Notes: generated by a model from the letters alone, not told the origin. A DNA stretch of 41,876 nucleotides from Candidatus Pacearchaeota archaeon (GCA_009694755.1 SICU01000003.1:1-41876), one strand, 5' to 3'. Positions 1 through 8,938 are shown, counted from the first letter of the stretch. Translations and numbers: made by a program.

Positions 1-181
1 AGATAATCATCGTAAGAAATCCAAAAATCCATCCGAATGAATTTCCAAACATCCAAGACATCATTCCTCCAAATCCATAAGAACCTGAATTAGCTCCACA
101 AAATCCTCCAAATCCATTTGAAAACAATAAAACAAGAGAGATGACTGCAAGAATCATCCACCAATTAGTTGATTTATTCAT
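1..181 (-). CDS. Gly/Met-rich membrane protein, runs off window edge
   Basis: Manual translation from ATG at 181: MNKSTNWWMILAVISLVLLFSNGFGGFCG...GGMMSWMFG; overlaps the ArsR stop by 8 nt; not in ORF track. Confidence 0.7.
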   Translation of the reverse strand, partial: MNKSTNWWMILAVISLVLLFSNGFGGFCGANSGSYGFGGMMSWMFGNSFGWIFGFLTMII

Positions 182-545
182 CTTTATCGTCCTTACCATC
201 TCTTAAAATATGGATACAATATTGTGACATATGTTTCTCAATAATTTTAAGTAAAGGAACAATAGTTTTTTCATTTAAATTATAATATCTATACTTCCCT
301 TCAATTTCCACAGTTACAAAACCACATTGTTTCAATCTAGCCAAATCATGAGAAACTGAAGTTTGATCCATACCAAGTTCAGAAATTATTTCAGAAACAT
401 TTTTTCGTTCGTGTTTAAGCAAATCGATAATCTTCAAGCGCGACTCTGAAACCAAGGTTCCAAAAAAAACTTTATAAGCTCCATACAATTCTTTATCATT
501 AAATCCTTCATCGCAACATTCTTTTAATATGGTTTTGTTTATCAT
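174..545 (-). CDS. ArsR/SmtB family metalloregulator
   Basis: ESRLKIIDLL...NVSEI...QTSVSHDLARLKQCGFV...GKYRYY winged HTH; Cys/His at both termini. Confidence 0.9.
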   Translation of the reverse strand: MINKTILKECCDEGFNDKELYGAYKVFFGTLVSESRLKIIDLLKHERKNVSEIISELGMDQTSVSHDLARLKQCGFVTVEIEGKYRYYNLNEKTIVPLLKIIEKHMSQYCIHILRDGKDDKDE

Positions 546-650
546 ATGATTAATAGATACATATATACTATTTAAATCTTTCTACAACTCAATACTTTAA
601 ATCAAAAGAGAAGATAAATTTATATTATCAATTAAATAAACCACATTACA

Positions 651-1073
651 ATGAATATTCATTCAACAAAACTCTGGGAAAATCCTAAAATAGTTTTAAC
701 AATTTTATCAAAAATATCTAAACTTGACTTAACAGTTATATTTGGAAATCCAAAAATCTATGTCTTAAAAAACAAAAATAAAATAGTCTCTTTCTCAGTA
801 ATAAAGAAACGTCATGGTTACAAAGAGCTCAAAGCAGTGTACACATATCCCGAATTCAGGAAAATGGGCTACATGTTAAAGTTATTAAGATATATATCAA
901 AAAGGCATAAAGGACTCTATCTTTTCTGCAATAGCAATTTAGAATGTTTCTACAAAAAGATAAATTTCATAAAGGTAGATAAAAAACCAACAGCTCTTGC
1001 ATGGCGTTGCACACTCTATAATACAATCATAAATCTATTTTCTAAAAAAGAATTAATTGTAATGAAACAATAA
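651..1073 (+). CDS. GNAT family N-acetyltransferase
   Basis: VYTYPEFRKMGY acetyl-CoA motif A and FYKKINF motif B. Confidence 0.75.
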   Translation: MNIHSTKLWENPKIVLTILSKISKLDLTVIFGNPKIYVLKNKNKIVSFSVIKKRHGYKELKAVYTYPEFRKMGYMLKLLRYISKRHKGLYLFCNSNLECFYKKINFIKVDKKPTALAWRCTLYNTIINLFSKKELIVMKQ

Positions 1074-1074
1074 A

Positions 1075-1461
1075 TTAATCAACAACAAGAGTCCCAATAC
1101 CCATCCCCATACTACAGGAAAATGAATAAGTGCCTGTCTTAAGAGCTGGTAACACAAGAGCATCTGATTCAGATTTCAAATATTTCAAGTATTTTTTACC
1201 ATCAATATTAAAAGCAACTGAACGCAAACAACCCTTGACAGATGAGTCAGCACTTAATTTTATAGGCTTCCCAGCTTCAGCACTTACATCTTTATAATTA
1301 AGACCTTCCTGACTTAAAACAACTGTCTGCGATTCTCCATTTCCTAAAATATCTTCATCAACAATATTTCCATTAACTGAAGGCGTCAAGCCAGAAAACA
1401 TAAAAAAAGCGACGGCTACAATAATCCCAACTACTCCGAGTCCAAGCCAAGCATTATTCAT
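1075..1461 (-). CDS. Membrane-anchored cupredoxin-like domain protein
   Basis: N-terminal TM helix, GC motif, C-terminal GTYSFSCSMGM. Confidence 0.75.
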   Translation of the reverse strand: MNNAWLGLGVVGIIVAVAFFMFSGLTPSVNGNIVDEDILGNGESQTVVLSQEGLNYKDVSAEAGKPIKLSADSSVKGCLRSVAFNIDGKKYLKYLKSESDALVLPALKTGTYSFSCSMGMGIGTLVVD

Positions 1462-1492
1462 AGAATTTTGAGCTAAAACATATATTTAAACC

Positions 1493-1732
1493 TTAGGTTG
1501 AAACTAGTTTCAATCTACAGCTATCAAGATTCTTAGTAAATAGGGTAATAGAAATTGAGAGCATCGCAATATGCGACACTGACAAACCCCGTTCGATAGC
1601 AAAGCAGTTTGGCTTATCAAAACAACCAAACTCTCGCGATTGTTCTGCAAGTTTTATAGTATAATAAATAAAAATACTTCCAACCACTAAAGAAAGTATT
1701 ACTAAAATCAAGCCAATCTTTTTATTTTCCAT
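1493..1732 (-). pseudogene. Probable truncated membrane-anchored HTH regulator (N-terminal part only)
   Basis: TM helix plus Cys pair like the N-terminus of 2547..3038, but no HTH; the tail reads through the next gene's promoter palindrome. Confidence 0.45.
1498..1513. promoter_or_regulatory. Palindromic operator TTGAAACTAGTTTCAA
   Basis: Perfect 16-bp palindrome just upstream of the TATA box (1485-1490) of the cupredoxin gene; core repeated at 2499-2512. Confidence 0.65.
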
Positions 1733-1771
1733 AAAATTACAACATAATATCTACTAATATATCTTTCCCAG

Positions 1772-2461
1772 TTATCCGAACACTCCGGAACGCGGACCAA
1801 ACACCATCAACCAAGTTGTTACAGTAGTCGCAATAAAACTAAATATAATTGTGAAAAACAAATCGTTATCGTGTCGACGTCTATCAAGTTGCTTACTTTC
1901 TAAATAAAGGGTATAATTCAAAGCAATAAGAATAATTGAACAAACGAAGAAAACAATAACTGTCGCAGCACGAAGATTATCATTAAATAACATAAATGCT
2001 GTCATCGAACCCATTAAACCACCCATAAATCCAGCCATCGTCCCTTCTAAAAAGCCCATAACTCCACAAGAACATCCACCAAAAATCATTCCGAAAACAA
2101 TTCCGAAAACAATTCCGAAAACACTACCTACAAACATACCATTAGTTGAAGCAAGAAAATAACCTGGCAAAAATCCCGCAATCATTCCAATAGTCATACC
2201 AATCATCATTCCAGACATACAAGGGAACTTTCCAAAAGCTCTAACTTGCAACAAAACACCAGAAAGCAAAGCATAAGAAAGCACAGCAAAAAACAAGAAA
2301 AATCCATAATTAGACATAAAATTATCTATAAATCTAAATTTAGCAAAATATAGAAGGCCTAAAACTGCGAATGATGTAATTAAAGAAAACAAAATAGTTT
2401 TCACTAATTGAGATTCAACTCCCTTTCCATTTTTAACTTCTCGTAAAAATTCTTTTAACAT
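1772..2461 (-). CDS. Met/Gly-rich multi-pass membrane protein, probably copper/metal related
   Basis: CMSGMMIGMTIGM and GFMGGLMGSM motifs, about 7 hydrophobic segments, metal-cluster context. Confidence 0.6.
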   Translation of the reverse strand: MLKEFLREVKNGKGVESQLVKTILFSLITSFAVLGLLYFAKFRFIDNFMSNYGFFLFFAVLSYALLSGVLLQVRAFGKFPCMSGMMIGMTIGMIAGFLPGYFLASTNGMFVGSVFGIVFGIVFGMIFGGCSCGVMGFLEGTMAGFMGGLMGSMTAFMLFNDNLRAATVIVFFVCSIILIALNYTLYLESKQLDRRRHDNDLFFTIIFSFIATTVTTWLMVFGPRSGVFG

Positions 2462-2498
2462 AAAAAAATAACTTAACGCAAACTTATAAGTCTTTGGA

Positions 2499-2512
2499 TG
2501 AAACTAGTTTCA
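2499..2512. promoter_or_regulatory. Palindromic operator TGAAACTAGTTTCA between divergent promoters
   Basis: Perfect 14-bp palindrome between TTATAA (2484-2489) and TTTATA (2520-2525). Confidence 0.65.
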
Positions 2513-2546
2513 ATAGGTATTTATACCCGTAATTAAATCAAAAATT

Positions 2547-3038
2547 ATGCAGATAAGACAAATTGGTTGGATAATGATTTGTATAGCAATAGTTTTAACA
2601 GGAATAGTTTTTCTTTTCAAAAGTTCAATGGAAGAATTTATTTATACAACTTGTCCTCTGTTACACAATACTGACGCGATAGATTGTCCTGCGACAAAAA
2701 CTCTAAATCAACAATCTTATTTAGCATATTTTTTAGTTTCAATAATTGCTTTAATGGGAATAGTTTTGGCAACGATTAATCCAGAACAAAAAATAATTAT
2801 CAGAACTAAACCATATCCAAAAGAGAAGATTAAATTACCAGAAATTAATGATTTAACAAACGAAGAAAAAAAATTATTTAATATAATTCAAAAAGAAAAA
2901 GCAATTTTTCAAGCAGAACTAATAGAAAAAATAAAGTTTAGCAAAGCAAAAGTCACAAGAATATTAGATAAATTAGAAAATCGTAAATTAATAGAACGCA
3001 AACGTAGAGGCTTGACAAATATAGTTGTGTTGAAATAA
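2547..3038 (+). CDS. Membrane-anchored winged-HTH (MarR-like) regulator
   Basis: Two TM helices flanking a Cys pair, then IFQAELIEKIKFSKAKVTRILDKLENRKLIERKRRG. Confidence 0.8.
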   Translation: MQIRQIGWIMICIAIVLTGIVFLFKSSMEEFIYTTCPLLHNTDAIDCPATKTLNQQSYLAYFLVSIIALMGIVLATINPEQKIIIRTKPYPKEKIKLPEINDLTNEEKKLFNIIQKEKAIFQAELIEKIKFSKAKVTRILDKLENRKLIERKRRGLTNIVVLK

Positions 3039-3058
3039 AGAAATTCCTTGAATTTCTA

Positions 3059-3163
3059 ATGTCAAAGTGTATTGCCACTTTGAACACCTCAAAGTCTAGA
3101 AAGACTTTGCAGTTTAATTTCTGGCCGATGCAGAGCATCGGGGTATTAAACCCAGAAATTAAA
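3059..3163. repeat. Structured intergenic element, copy A of double-hairpin repeat
   Basis: Stems TCAAAGTG/CACTTTGA, CAAAGTCT/AGACTTTG and TTTAATTTCTGG/CCAGAAATTAAA enclosing CCGATGC/GCATCGG; first two stems recur inverted at 26951-27017. Confidence 0.75.
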
Positions 3164-3206
3164 TAAAGATTAGTCTTATATACTTTCAAAAATTATAATT
3201 TTGACA

Positions 3207-3431
3207 ATGAAACTCGCAAGTAAATCAAGATTTTTCACAGGAATTGTAATTCTAATAATTTTAATCGTGAGTTATTTCATAAAAATTCAAACAAACTCTG
3301 GAATGAATTATATTTCAGTAAGTAAAATTTTAAGTTTATTGATTTTTAAAAATGTTTTTTTATTAATTATTTATTTTGCAATTCCAATATTCTTAATAAT
3401 CACAGGAATTAAAAAAATCAAATTTATCTAA
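3207..3431 (+). CDS. Small two-TM membrane protein
   Basis: Hydrophobic ORF, stop overlaps next start; ATG at 3207 preferred to TTG at 3201. Confidence 0.6.
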   Translation: MKLASKSRFFTGIVILIILIVSYFIKIQTNSGMNYISVSKILSLLIFKNVFLLIIYFAIPIFLIITGIKKIKFI

Positions 3432-3952
3432 TGAAAAACAAAAAAACAATTTTAACAATTTGGAAAGAAATATTTTCAAAACCGAGATATTTAATTTTAA
3501 CAATAGTAACAGCGTTAATAATGTATATCGTAACCATCATAAGTTCAGATTATTTAGAATTGAAGATAGTTTTAAAACAAAAATCAATAAATTTAATTTG
3601 GAATTTTTTTATTGGTTTCCCCACAACAATTAAGTGGTATTCGACAATTGCATTATTTTTAATTTGTATTTTATTCGGATTATTTGTTTCGTTAAATAAA
3701 TACAAGTCACGTCAAGTTACAAATCAAAAAGGCTCAATTATTGGAACAATTGGATTATTTTTAGGAATGGTTGCTCCTGGCTGTGTTACTTGTGGCATAG
3801 GACTAACATCAGTTTTAGGAATTGCAGGAATTTTAATTTATCTTCCTTTCAAAGGTTTTGAAGTTTCTATCCTGTCTATAGTACTATTAATTTGGGCAAA
3901 TTTGAAGGTATCAAAATCTTTATTAATGCCGAATATCTGTTCCATAAAATGA
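3431..3952 (+). CDS. Membrane protein with CxxC motif, next to dsbA
   Basis: About four TM segments, APGCVTCGIG. Confidence 0.7.
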   Translation: MKNKKTILTIWKEIFSKPRYLILTIVTALIMYIVTIISSDYLELKIVLKQKSINLIWNFFIGFPTTIKWYSTIALFLICILFGLFVSLNKYKSRQVTNQKGSIIGTIGLFLGMVAPGCVTCGIGLTSVLGIAGILIYLPFKGFEVSILSIVLLIWANLKVSKSLLMPNICSIK

Positions 3953-3978
3953 AAGAACAATTGAAAGGAGGTTCTAAT

Positions 3979-4731
3979 ATGGAAACAACGCAAAAAAGCG
4001 ATACAATCACTATCAAAAAAGATACACTTTGGAAATATTCGACATTTATATTACTCGGAATCATTGTATTAGGCGTCGCATTCTTCGTCCTTCCTGGAAA
4101 AAGTCCAACTGGGCAAGTTATCCAACAACCAGGACAAGATTTGCCAACGGAACCAACTGCAAAAATTCAAATAAAAATTGATGACGACCCAATTAGAGGA
4201 GACAAAAAAGCAGACATTACTCTTGTAGAATTCACAGACTATGAATGCCCATTCTGTCAAAGAGCTTTTCAACAATCAATATCCAAACTTGACAAATATG
4301 TTAAAGATGGAACTTTGAGAATTGTTACAAAAGATTATCCTTTACCATTCCACCAAGAAGCACAGAAAGCAGCTGAATCTGCACATTGTGCGAGAAAACA
4401 AGGAGGCGATGCAAAATACTATGAAATGCACGACTTACTTTTCAATAATGGAGTTGTGGGCGGAGTCGCAACATTCAAAGGTTACGCTAAACAATTAAGT
4501 TTAGACACTGCTAAATTTAGCACATGCCTTGAATCAAACGAATTTGAAGACAAAGTTCAAGCAGATTTAAAATACGGCGCGCAAATTGGAGTTCAGGGAA
4601 CACCTGCATTCTTTATGAACGGTCGAATGATAAGTGGAGCTTGCCCATTGGAAACTTTTGAATCAGCATATCAAGCTGAAAAGAAAGGAGACGACTGGGC
4701 AGTCGCAAACTGTAGATTTGTCAAACTCTAA
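3979..4731 (+). CDS. DsbA family thiol-disulfide oxidoreductase
   Basis: EFTDYECPFC active site, DYPLPFH, GVQGTPAFF; N-terminal TM; GGAGG at 3967-3971 supports start 3979. Confidence 0.92.
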   Translation: METTQKSDTITIKKDTLWKYSTFILLGIIVLGVAFFVLPGKSPTGQVIQQPGQDLPTEPTAKIQIKIDDDPIRGDKKADITLVEFTDYECPFCQRAFQQSISKLDKYVKDGTLRIVTKDYPLPFHQEAQKAAESAHCARKQGGDAKYYEMHDLLFNNGVVGGVATFKGYAKQLSLDTAKFSTCLESNEFEDKVQADLKYGAQIGVQGTPAFFMNGRMISGACPLETFESAYQAEKKGDDWAVANCRFVKL

Positions 4732-4739
4732 AAACAATC

Positions 4740-4767
4740 TTTTATTTTTATTTTATTTTTTATTATT
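4740..4767 (+). terminator. Probable oligo-T terminator
   Basis: Run of TTTTATTTTATTTTATTTTTT directly after the dsbA stop. Confidence 0.4.
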
Positions 4768-4806
4768 GAAACAAATCTATATAAATAGATAAGTTAGAAG
4801 AAACAT

Positions 4807-5075
4807 ATAGTCTGTCAAATTTGTGGAGAGAAATCAGGATTCTATCCAATCTGTATAAAATGCAAGAATTCGGGAGATACATCTAAATGTAATGAGTGTG
4901 GGATTTGGAAAAAAGATATAACCCCGTTTTGAAAGGAAAGAACTTAAAAAGAAATTTTATTCCCAAAATAACAAAATTCTAATTGAAATTTCAGAAAAAA
5001 GACATAGAAAGACTAGATGATATCTTACCAAAAAAGTTAATGCCTTATTTACCAAAAGATTTTAACTTTGATTAA
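4807..5075 (+). pseudogene. Remnant of a zinc-finger protein gene
   Basis: TATA at about 4779-4786, ATA where ATG is expected, VCQICGE..ICIKC..KCNECG then stop, then frameshifted tail RKELKKKFYSQNNKILIEISEK/DIERLDDILPKKL. Confidence 0.5.
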
Positions 5076-5101
5076 TATATTATAAACAGATAAATTAATT
5101 T

Positions 5102-5437
5102 CTAAGATAAAATCTTAATTAAAACATCCAAAATTTTATTGATTTTATCTTTCTTTACTTTACCAATCTTATTGATCATTAATTCTTTATCTAGTTTTAG
5201 AATATTCTCTACTTTTATACAGCAAATCGTAAATAATTTACCTTCAGCCATATCCGATATTGCAAGTGGTAGAGTGTATTTATCTCTCGAGATATTTGAG
5301 GTTACGCTAACAACTATAAAATCCTCACTACGCTCGTTAAATTCATTATTACTAATTACAATAACAGGTCTAACCTTTCTTCTAGATTGATCTGAGAAAG
5401 GAAACGAAACTAATAACAAATCTCCTTGTTCGATCAT
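5102..5437 (-). CDS. mazF: PemK/MazF family toxin
   Basis: QGDLLLVSFPFSDQSRRKVRPVIVISNNEFN; start 5437 gives an ATGA overlap with the antitoxin stop. Confidence 0.92.
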   Translation of the reverse strand: MIEQGDLLLVSFPFSDQSRRKVRPVIVISNNEFNERSEDFIVVSVTSNISRDKYTLPLAISDMAEGKLFTICCIKVENILKLDKELMINKIGKVKKDKINKILDVLIKILS

Positions 5438-5661
5438 AAATATTTGCTCCATACTTCTTCATCTTTCTTATTATCCCAAATCTTAGACATGGATTTCTCA
5501 GCTAAAATCATCCAGCCTATCTTCTCTTTACGATTCTTTTCAAGTTTTTCCATAATCAAGTGCCTAATAAACTCAGACTTAGAAAGATATTTTTTCTCTT
5601 TTACAAATTTATCTAATTCCTTTGCTTCATTCTCTGCTAGTTTTATAGTTATAGTTTTCAG
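5434..5661 (-). CDS. Ribbon-helix-helix antitoxin (75 aa, CTG start; missing from ORF track)
   Basis: (L)KTITIKLAENEAKELDKFVKEKKYLSKSEFIRHLI...SMSKIWDNKKDEEVWSKYL; directly upstream of mazF. Confidence 0.85.
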   Translation of the reverse strand: MKTITIKLAENEAKELDKFVKEKKYLSKSEFIRHLIMEKLEKNRKEKIGWMILAEKSMSKIWDNKKDEEVWSKYL

Positions 5662-5682
5662 AGTAATCCTATAGGATTACTC
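5661..5682. promoter_or_regulatory. 22-bp perfect palindrome, probable TA autoregulatory operator
   Basis: GAGTAATCCTATAGGATTACTC between TTTAAA (5684-5689) and the antitoxin start. Confidence 0.75.
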
Positions 5683-5700
5683 ATTTAAATATTTTTTCAT

Positions 5701-6300
5701 TCATCTTTTTGTAAATATCTTAACTAAAACAAAACTAGTCAACGCAATCATAACGCCATATCCTAAAAACCACCATAAAGGGTACAAAATGCCCAAATCA
5801 AATGAAGCACAGTTATGATAAACGCAATTAACATTTTGTTCATAATTTGTTGTAAATCGTGAAACAAAAAACAAAATCACAATTTCAAAAAAACTAATTT
5901 TCCAAAAATCTTTTCTTTTCAAACCAATTAAATAAAGAGCAAAAAGAGAAAGAGGAATGTTGAATATATGTTGTAAGCTAATAATTTTACCAAATAAATC
6001 ACCAGAATCAAAGATATAATCTGCAGTTCCCCAAATGCTATAACTAGAAAATAAATAAGTAAAAAAATCAATATTCCAAATTAAATAGGGAATAATAAGA
6101 ATACAAAGCTGACTTGCGATTAACGAGCCATCACGACGAAAACAGCCAACAGCCAGTAAAATAAGCCCAATATAACTAAACCAAATAATTGGGGCAAGTC
6201 CGTCGTTAATGTGTGTCAGCGTATTAACAATCGCACCAATTCCGAAAATTAAAAAAACAATTCCGATAATCTGAACATAGCATTTTTTTGAGTCAATCAT
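5701..6300 (-). CDS. Multi-pass membrane protein
   Basis: About 6 TM segments, internal His, NVNCV motif. Confidence 0.7.
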   Translation of the reverse strand: MIDSKKCYVQIIGIVFLIFGIGAIVNTLTHINDGLAPIIWFSYIGLILLAVGCFRRDGSLIASQLCILIIPYLIWNIDFFTYLFSSYSIWGTADYIFDSGDLFGKIISLQHIFNIPLSLFALYLIGLKRKDFWKISFFEIVILFFVSRFTTNYEQNVNCVYHNCASFDLGILYPLWWFLGYGVMIALTSFVLVKIFTKR

Positions 6301-6330
6301 TTCACAAATACGTGAGAATAGTTTATATTT

Positions 6331-6630
6331 TTATGCAAAAAAATAGTGCCAGATAAAAAACGCAAAAAGCAAGAGCATAGAAATCAAAATAACTAAAATA
6401 ACTTTTTTTGTTTCTTTCTGAATGTCTAAATTCTTATCTGAAAGTTTTACGAAAAAATAAATTCCAAAAAATAAAATTATAGATAACCAACTTTTAGTTG
6501 TCCAATGATGTCCGCTTATAGATTTAAGAAAATCTTTAAATCCACTTAAAAGTTCAGCAAAAATAGTTACAAGTGTAACAACAATAGTCGTAACAATTAA
6601 AGCAAGATTCATAGAACGAACACGAGTCAT
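6331..6630 (-). CDS. Three-TM membrane protein with GHHW motif
   Basis: SISGHHWTTKS; GGAGG upstream. Confidence 0.7.
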   Translation of the reverse strand: MTRVRSMNLALIVTTIVVTLVTIFAELLSGFKDFLKSISGHHWTTKSWLSIILFFGIYFFVKLSDKNLDIQKETKKVILVILISMLLLFAFFIWHYFFA

Positions 6631-7103
6631 ATAATTGCCTCCAAAGCCTACCTATAACCGCTTGAAATAAGATAACCTAACAAACCCATCAAAAAGCCAA
6701 TAAGTAAAATTAACAATGAAAGAATTAATATTGATTTTTGAACCGGAATATTCTTATTTTTCCCTAAAGAAGATTGGAAACCTGAAATAAGAGAATAAAC
6801 TAATATAGAAATAAATGGTAAAAACAAAAAGATGTGCTCTTTGGCTTCCATAAAAACTCCATGAATCCATGGTTGAGTTCCAAATTTTATAATTGGTTTA
6901 ATTATTGAACCATAATCTGTTAAATAATAATATCCTCCAATAATCCAAGAAGCAAAAAATAAAATCACTCCTAAAAATGCAGCAATTTTAGCACGATGCA
7001 AACGTTTTTCCGTCGGATTAAGCACCTCAATAAAAACCCATAAAAATGAAGTAATTCCTAACTATCCAAGAATTGCGTGAACACCAATTAAAGAATTTAT
7101 CAT
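6627..7103 (-). pseudogene. Four-TM His-containing membrane protein interrupted by two in-frame TAG codons
   Basis: ATG 7103 after GGAGG; MINSLIGVHAILG*LGITSF...MEAKEHIFLFLP...SSGYR*ALEAII-TGA overlapping next ATG; TAG at 7062-7064 and 6648-6650. Confidence 0.65.
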
Positions 7104-7157
7104 CTGCCTCCAAAGTAGATAGCAAAACAAGATATAAACCTTTGTGATATTAATAAT

Positions 7158-7415
7158 TTATTTCTTTTTAATACTCTTATGATATTTCACAGCGTGAAAC
7201 ATCCCATAAAGTGCAACAAGAAGCCAAATAGCGTTCGTAACAAAGGAAGGATACGCCGAAACTACAAAAGTATGTCCCGCCAAAAGCAAAGAACCAATAA
7301 TATTCAACCATTGATACATTTTTGAACGTGAAGTCAAATCTTTATGAATAAGTAAAAAATAAGCAATGAGCAAAAATGCCGCACCAATCCAACCAACAAA
7401 AGTCATCACATTCAT
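7158..7415 (-). CDS. Small three-TM membrane protein (CBU_0592-like)
   Basis: GWIGA..LLIAYFL...YQWLNIIGS...AYPSFVTNAIW pattern. Confidence 0.7.
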   Translation of the reverse strand: MNVMTFVGWIGAAFLLIAYFLLIHKDLTSRSKMYQWLNIIGSLLLAGHTFVVSAYPSFVTNAIWLLVALYGMFHAVKYHKSIKKK

Positions 7416-7445
7416 GCAAGACAAAATTAGAAGAACTTAATAAAA

Positions 7446-8204
7446 CTACCCAAAAACATTTTTATAATTCTCTTCAATCTTTTTCTCAACTTCTTTCAAT
7501 TTCAAACCCTTAATTTCTGCAATTTTTTTGTAGCTTTCAAGAACATTAGCAGATTCATTCGGCCATTTTTTATCTGGATGTAAATAAGGTGAATCAGTTT
7601 CACAAAATAAATTTTCTATTGGAACTCGTTTAACAACATCTTGAAATTGTTCGCTGTATTTAATATTCGCAGGAATACTCAAAAACCAACCATTTTTAAC
7701 AATCCTATCAACTAATTTCATTTTCCCAGAAAAACAATGCATAATAACTTTCTTAGCTCCAATTTTTTCAAGTAACTCGATAGTTTGCAATTCGGCTTTA
7801 CGAGAATGCACGATAACAGGTTTATTCAATTTCATTCCGAGTCTAACAAATTTTTCAAAAATAATTTTCTGTTTTTCAAAAGAATCGTTTAATTCTTCGT
7901 CTTTTAAGTCAAGTCCAATTTCGCCAATAGCATAAATTTTTTTCTTATTTTTAACAATGAATTCAATTTCTTCTTCAATAACTAAATCAGTCAATTTTAA
8001 AGCATCGAGAGGATACATTCCTAAAGCCGGTTTAATTTCATCAAACTTTTTAGCGAGTTCAAGAATTTCGCGATTATGCGACGGATTTACTCCGTTGACA
8101 ACAATCGCTTCAACTTTAACTTTTCGCGCATGAGAAATCGCATCCGCGATAGAAACGCCTTCTTTTTCAAGCATATCTAAATGACAATGCGTATCTATAA
8201 ACAT
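7446..8204 (-). CDS. tatD: TatD family nuclease
   Basis: IDTHCHL, IGEIGLD, VHSR, MHCFSG, ETDSPY; start moved to 8204 by TATA spacing. Confidence 0.95.
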   Translation of the reverse strand: MFIDTHCHLDMLEKEGVSIADAISHARKVKVEAIVVNGVNPSHNREILELAKKFDEIKPALGMYPLDALKLTDLVIEEEIEFIVKNKKKIYAIGEIGLDLKDEELNDSFEKQKIIFEKFVRLGMKLNKPVIVHSRKAELQTIELLEKIGAKKVIMHCFSGKMKLVDRIVKNGWFLSIPANIKYSEQFQDVVKRVPIENLFCETDSPYLHPDKKWPNESANVLESYKKIAEIKGLKLKEVEKKIEENYKNVFG

Positions 8205-8318
8205 CAAAAAAATAATAGAACAAGGCACATTTAAAGGTGTGTTTTTTTGATACCAATATGTCAATATCAAGAGATACAATAGACATAAAAACCCTTATTT
8301 TCGCAAATTTATACTGAT

Positions 8319-8693
8319 ATGGACAAACTAGAAGAAATAATTAAAACGGAATCTTCGAAATATGAAGTCGGAAGACTTCAATGTGCAGAATTATTAAATC
8401 AAATAACTAGAAAAGGAAAAGAGTTGAGATTAACCGAAGAAGCACTCGCATCAAATATACGAAAAATCGTAAGTTTCACAAAATTTAGCACAAATTATTA
8501 TCAATTTCTAAGTAGAGTAAATTATTTTTATTGCAACGCAAATAACGAAATAACTGCTCAAGGAATGATTGATTCATTTCATTATACTTACAATAGCAGA
8601 AAATATACTATTAGAGGAGATAAATTTACAGAAGAAGAAATAGAATTATCTTTATCTGCTTATCGTGAAGATAATTATCTCCGCATTAATTAA
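8319..8693 (+). CDS. Hypothetical protein
   Basis: 124-aa ORF filling the intergenic space; no motif recognised. Confidence 0.55.
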   Translation: MDKLEEIIKTESSKYEVGRLQCAELLNQITRKGKELRLTEEALASNIRKIVSFTKFSTNYYQFLSRVNYFYCNANNEITAQGMIDSFHYTYNSRKYTIRGDKFTEEEIELSLSAYREDNYLRIN

Positions 8694-8695
8694 AT

Positions 8696-8938
8696 TTATC
8701 TCAACTCAAAACCTTTAACCCTTGCTTCCATAAAAAGAGTTCGTGGACATTTTTTATCAGAAAAAGCACAAATAACACAACATTGCGTCAAAGGATTTTT
8801 CACATCAAAATTACATTTAGGACAAATAAAACTTTGAGGGGAAATATCAATAGAAACAATCGCTTTATTTTTTCCAGAACAAGAAGGACATTTCAAAATA
8901 ACGTTTTTAGGTATTTTTTGAATTCTTTTTTTAGCCAT
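8696..8938 (-). CDS. Small Cys-rich metal-binding protein (GDCCVxC-like)
   Basis: CPSC...CPKC...QCCVICAFSDKKCP. Confidence 0.7.
   Translation of the reverse strand: MAKKRIQKIPKNVILKCPSCSGKNKAIVSIDISPQSFICPKCNFDVKNPLTQCCVICAFSDKKCPRTLFMEARVKGFELR

Noticed and set aside
2088-2123. 12-bp tandem repeat ATTCCGAAAACA x3
   Set aside because: In-frame coding repeat (VFGI/VFGM) within a membrane protein.
5139-5674. Plus-strand ORFs 5139..5390 and 5426..5674
   Set aside because: Antisense shadows of mazF and the antitoxin.
6648-7064. Genome-wide amber recoding
   Set aside because: TAG ends tatD, dus, infB and mazF at plausible C-termini, so it works as a stop here.
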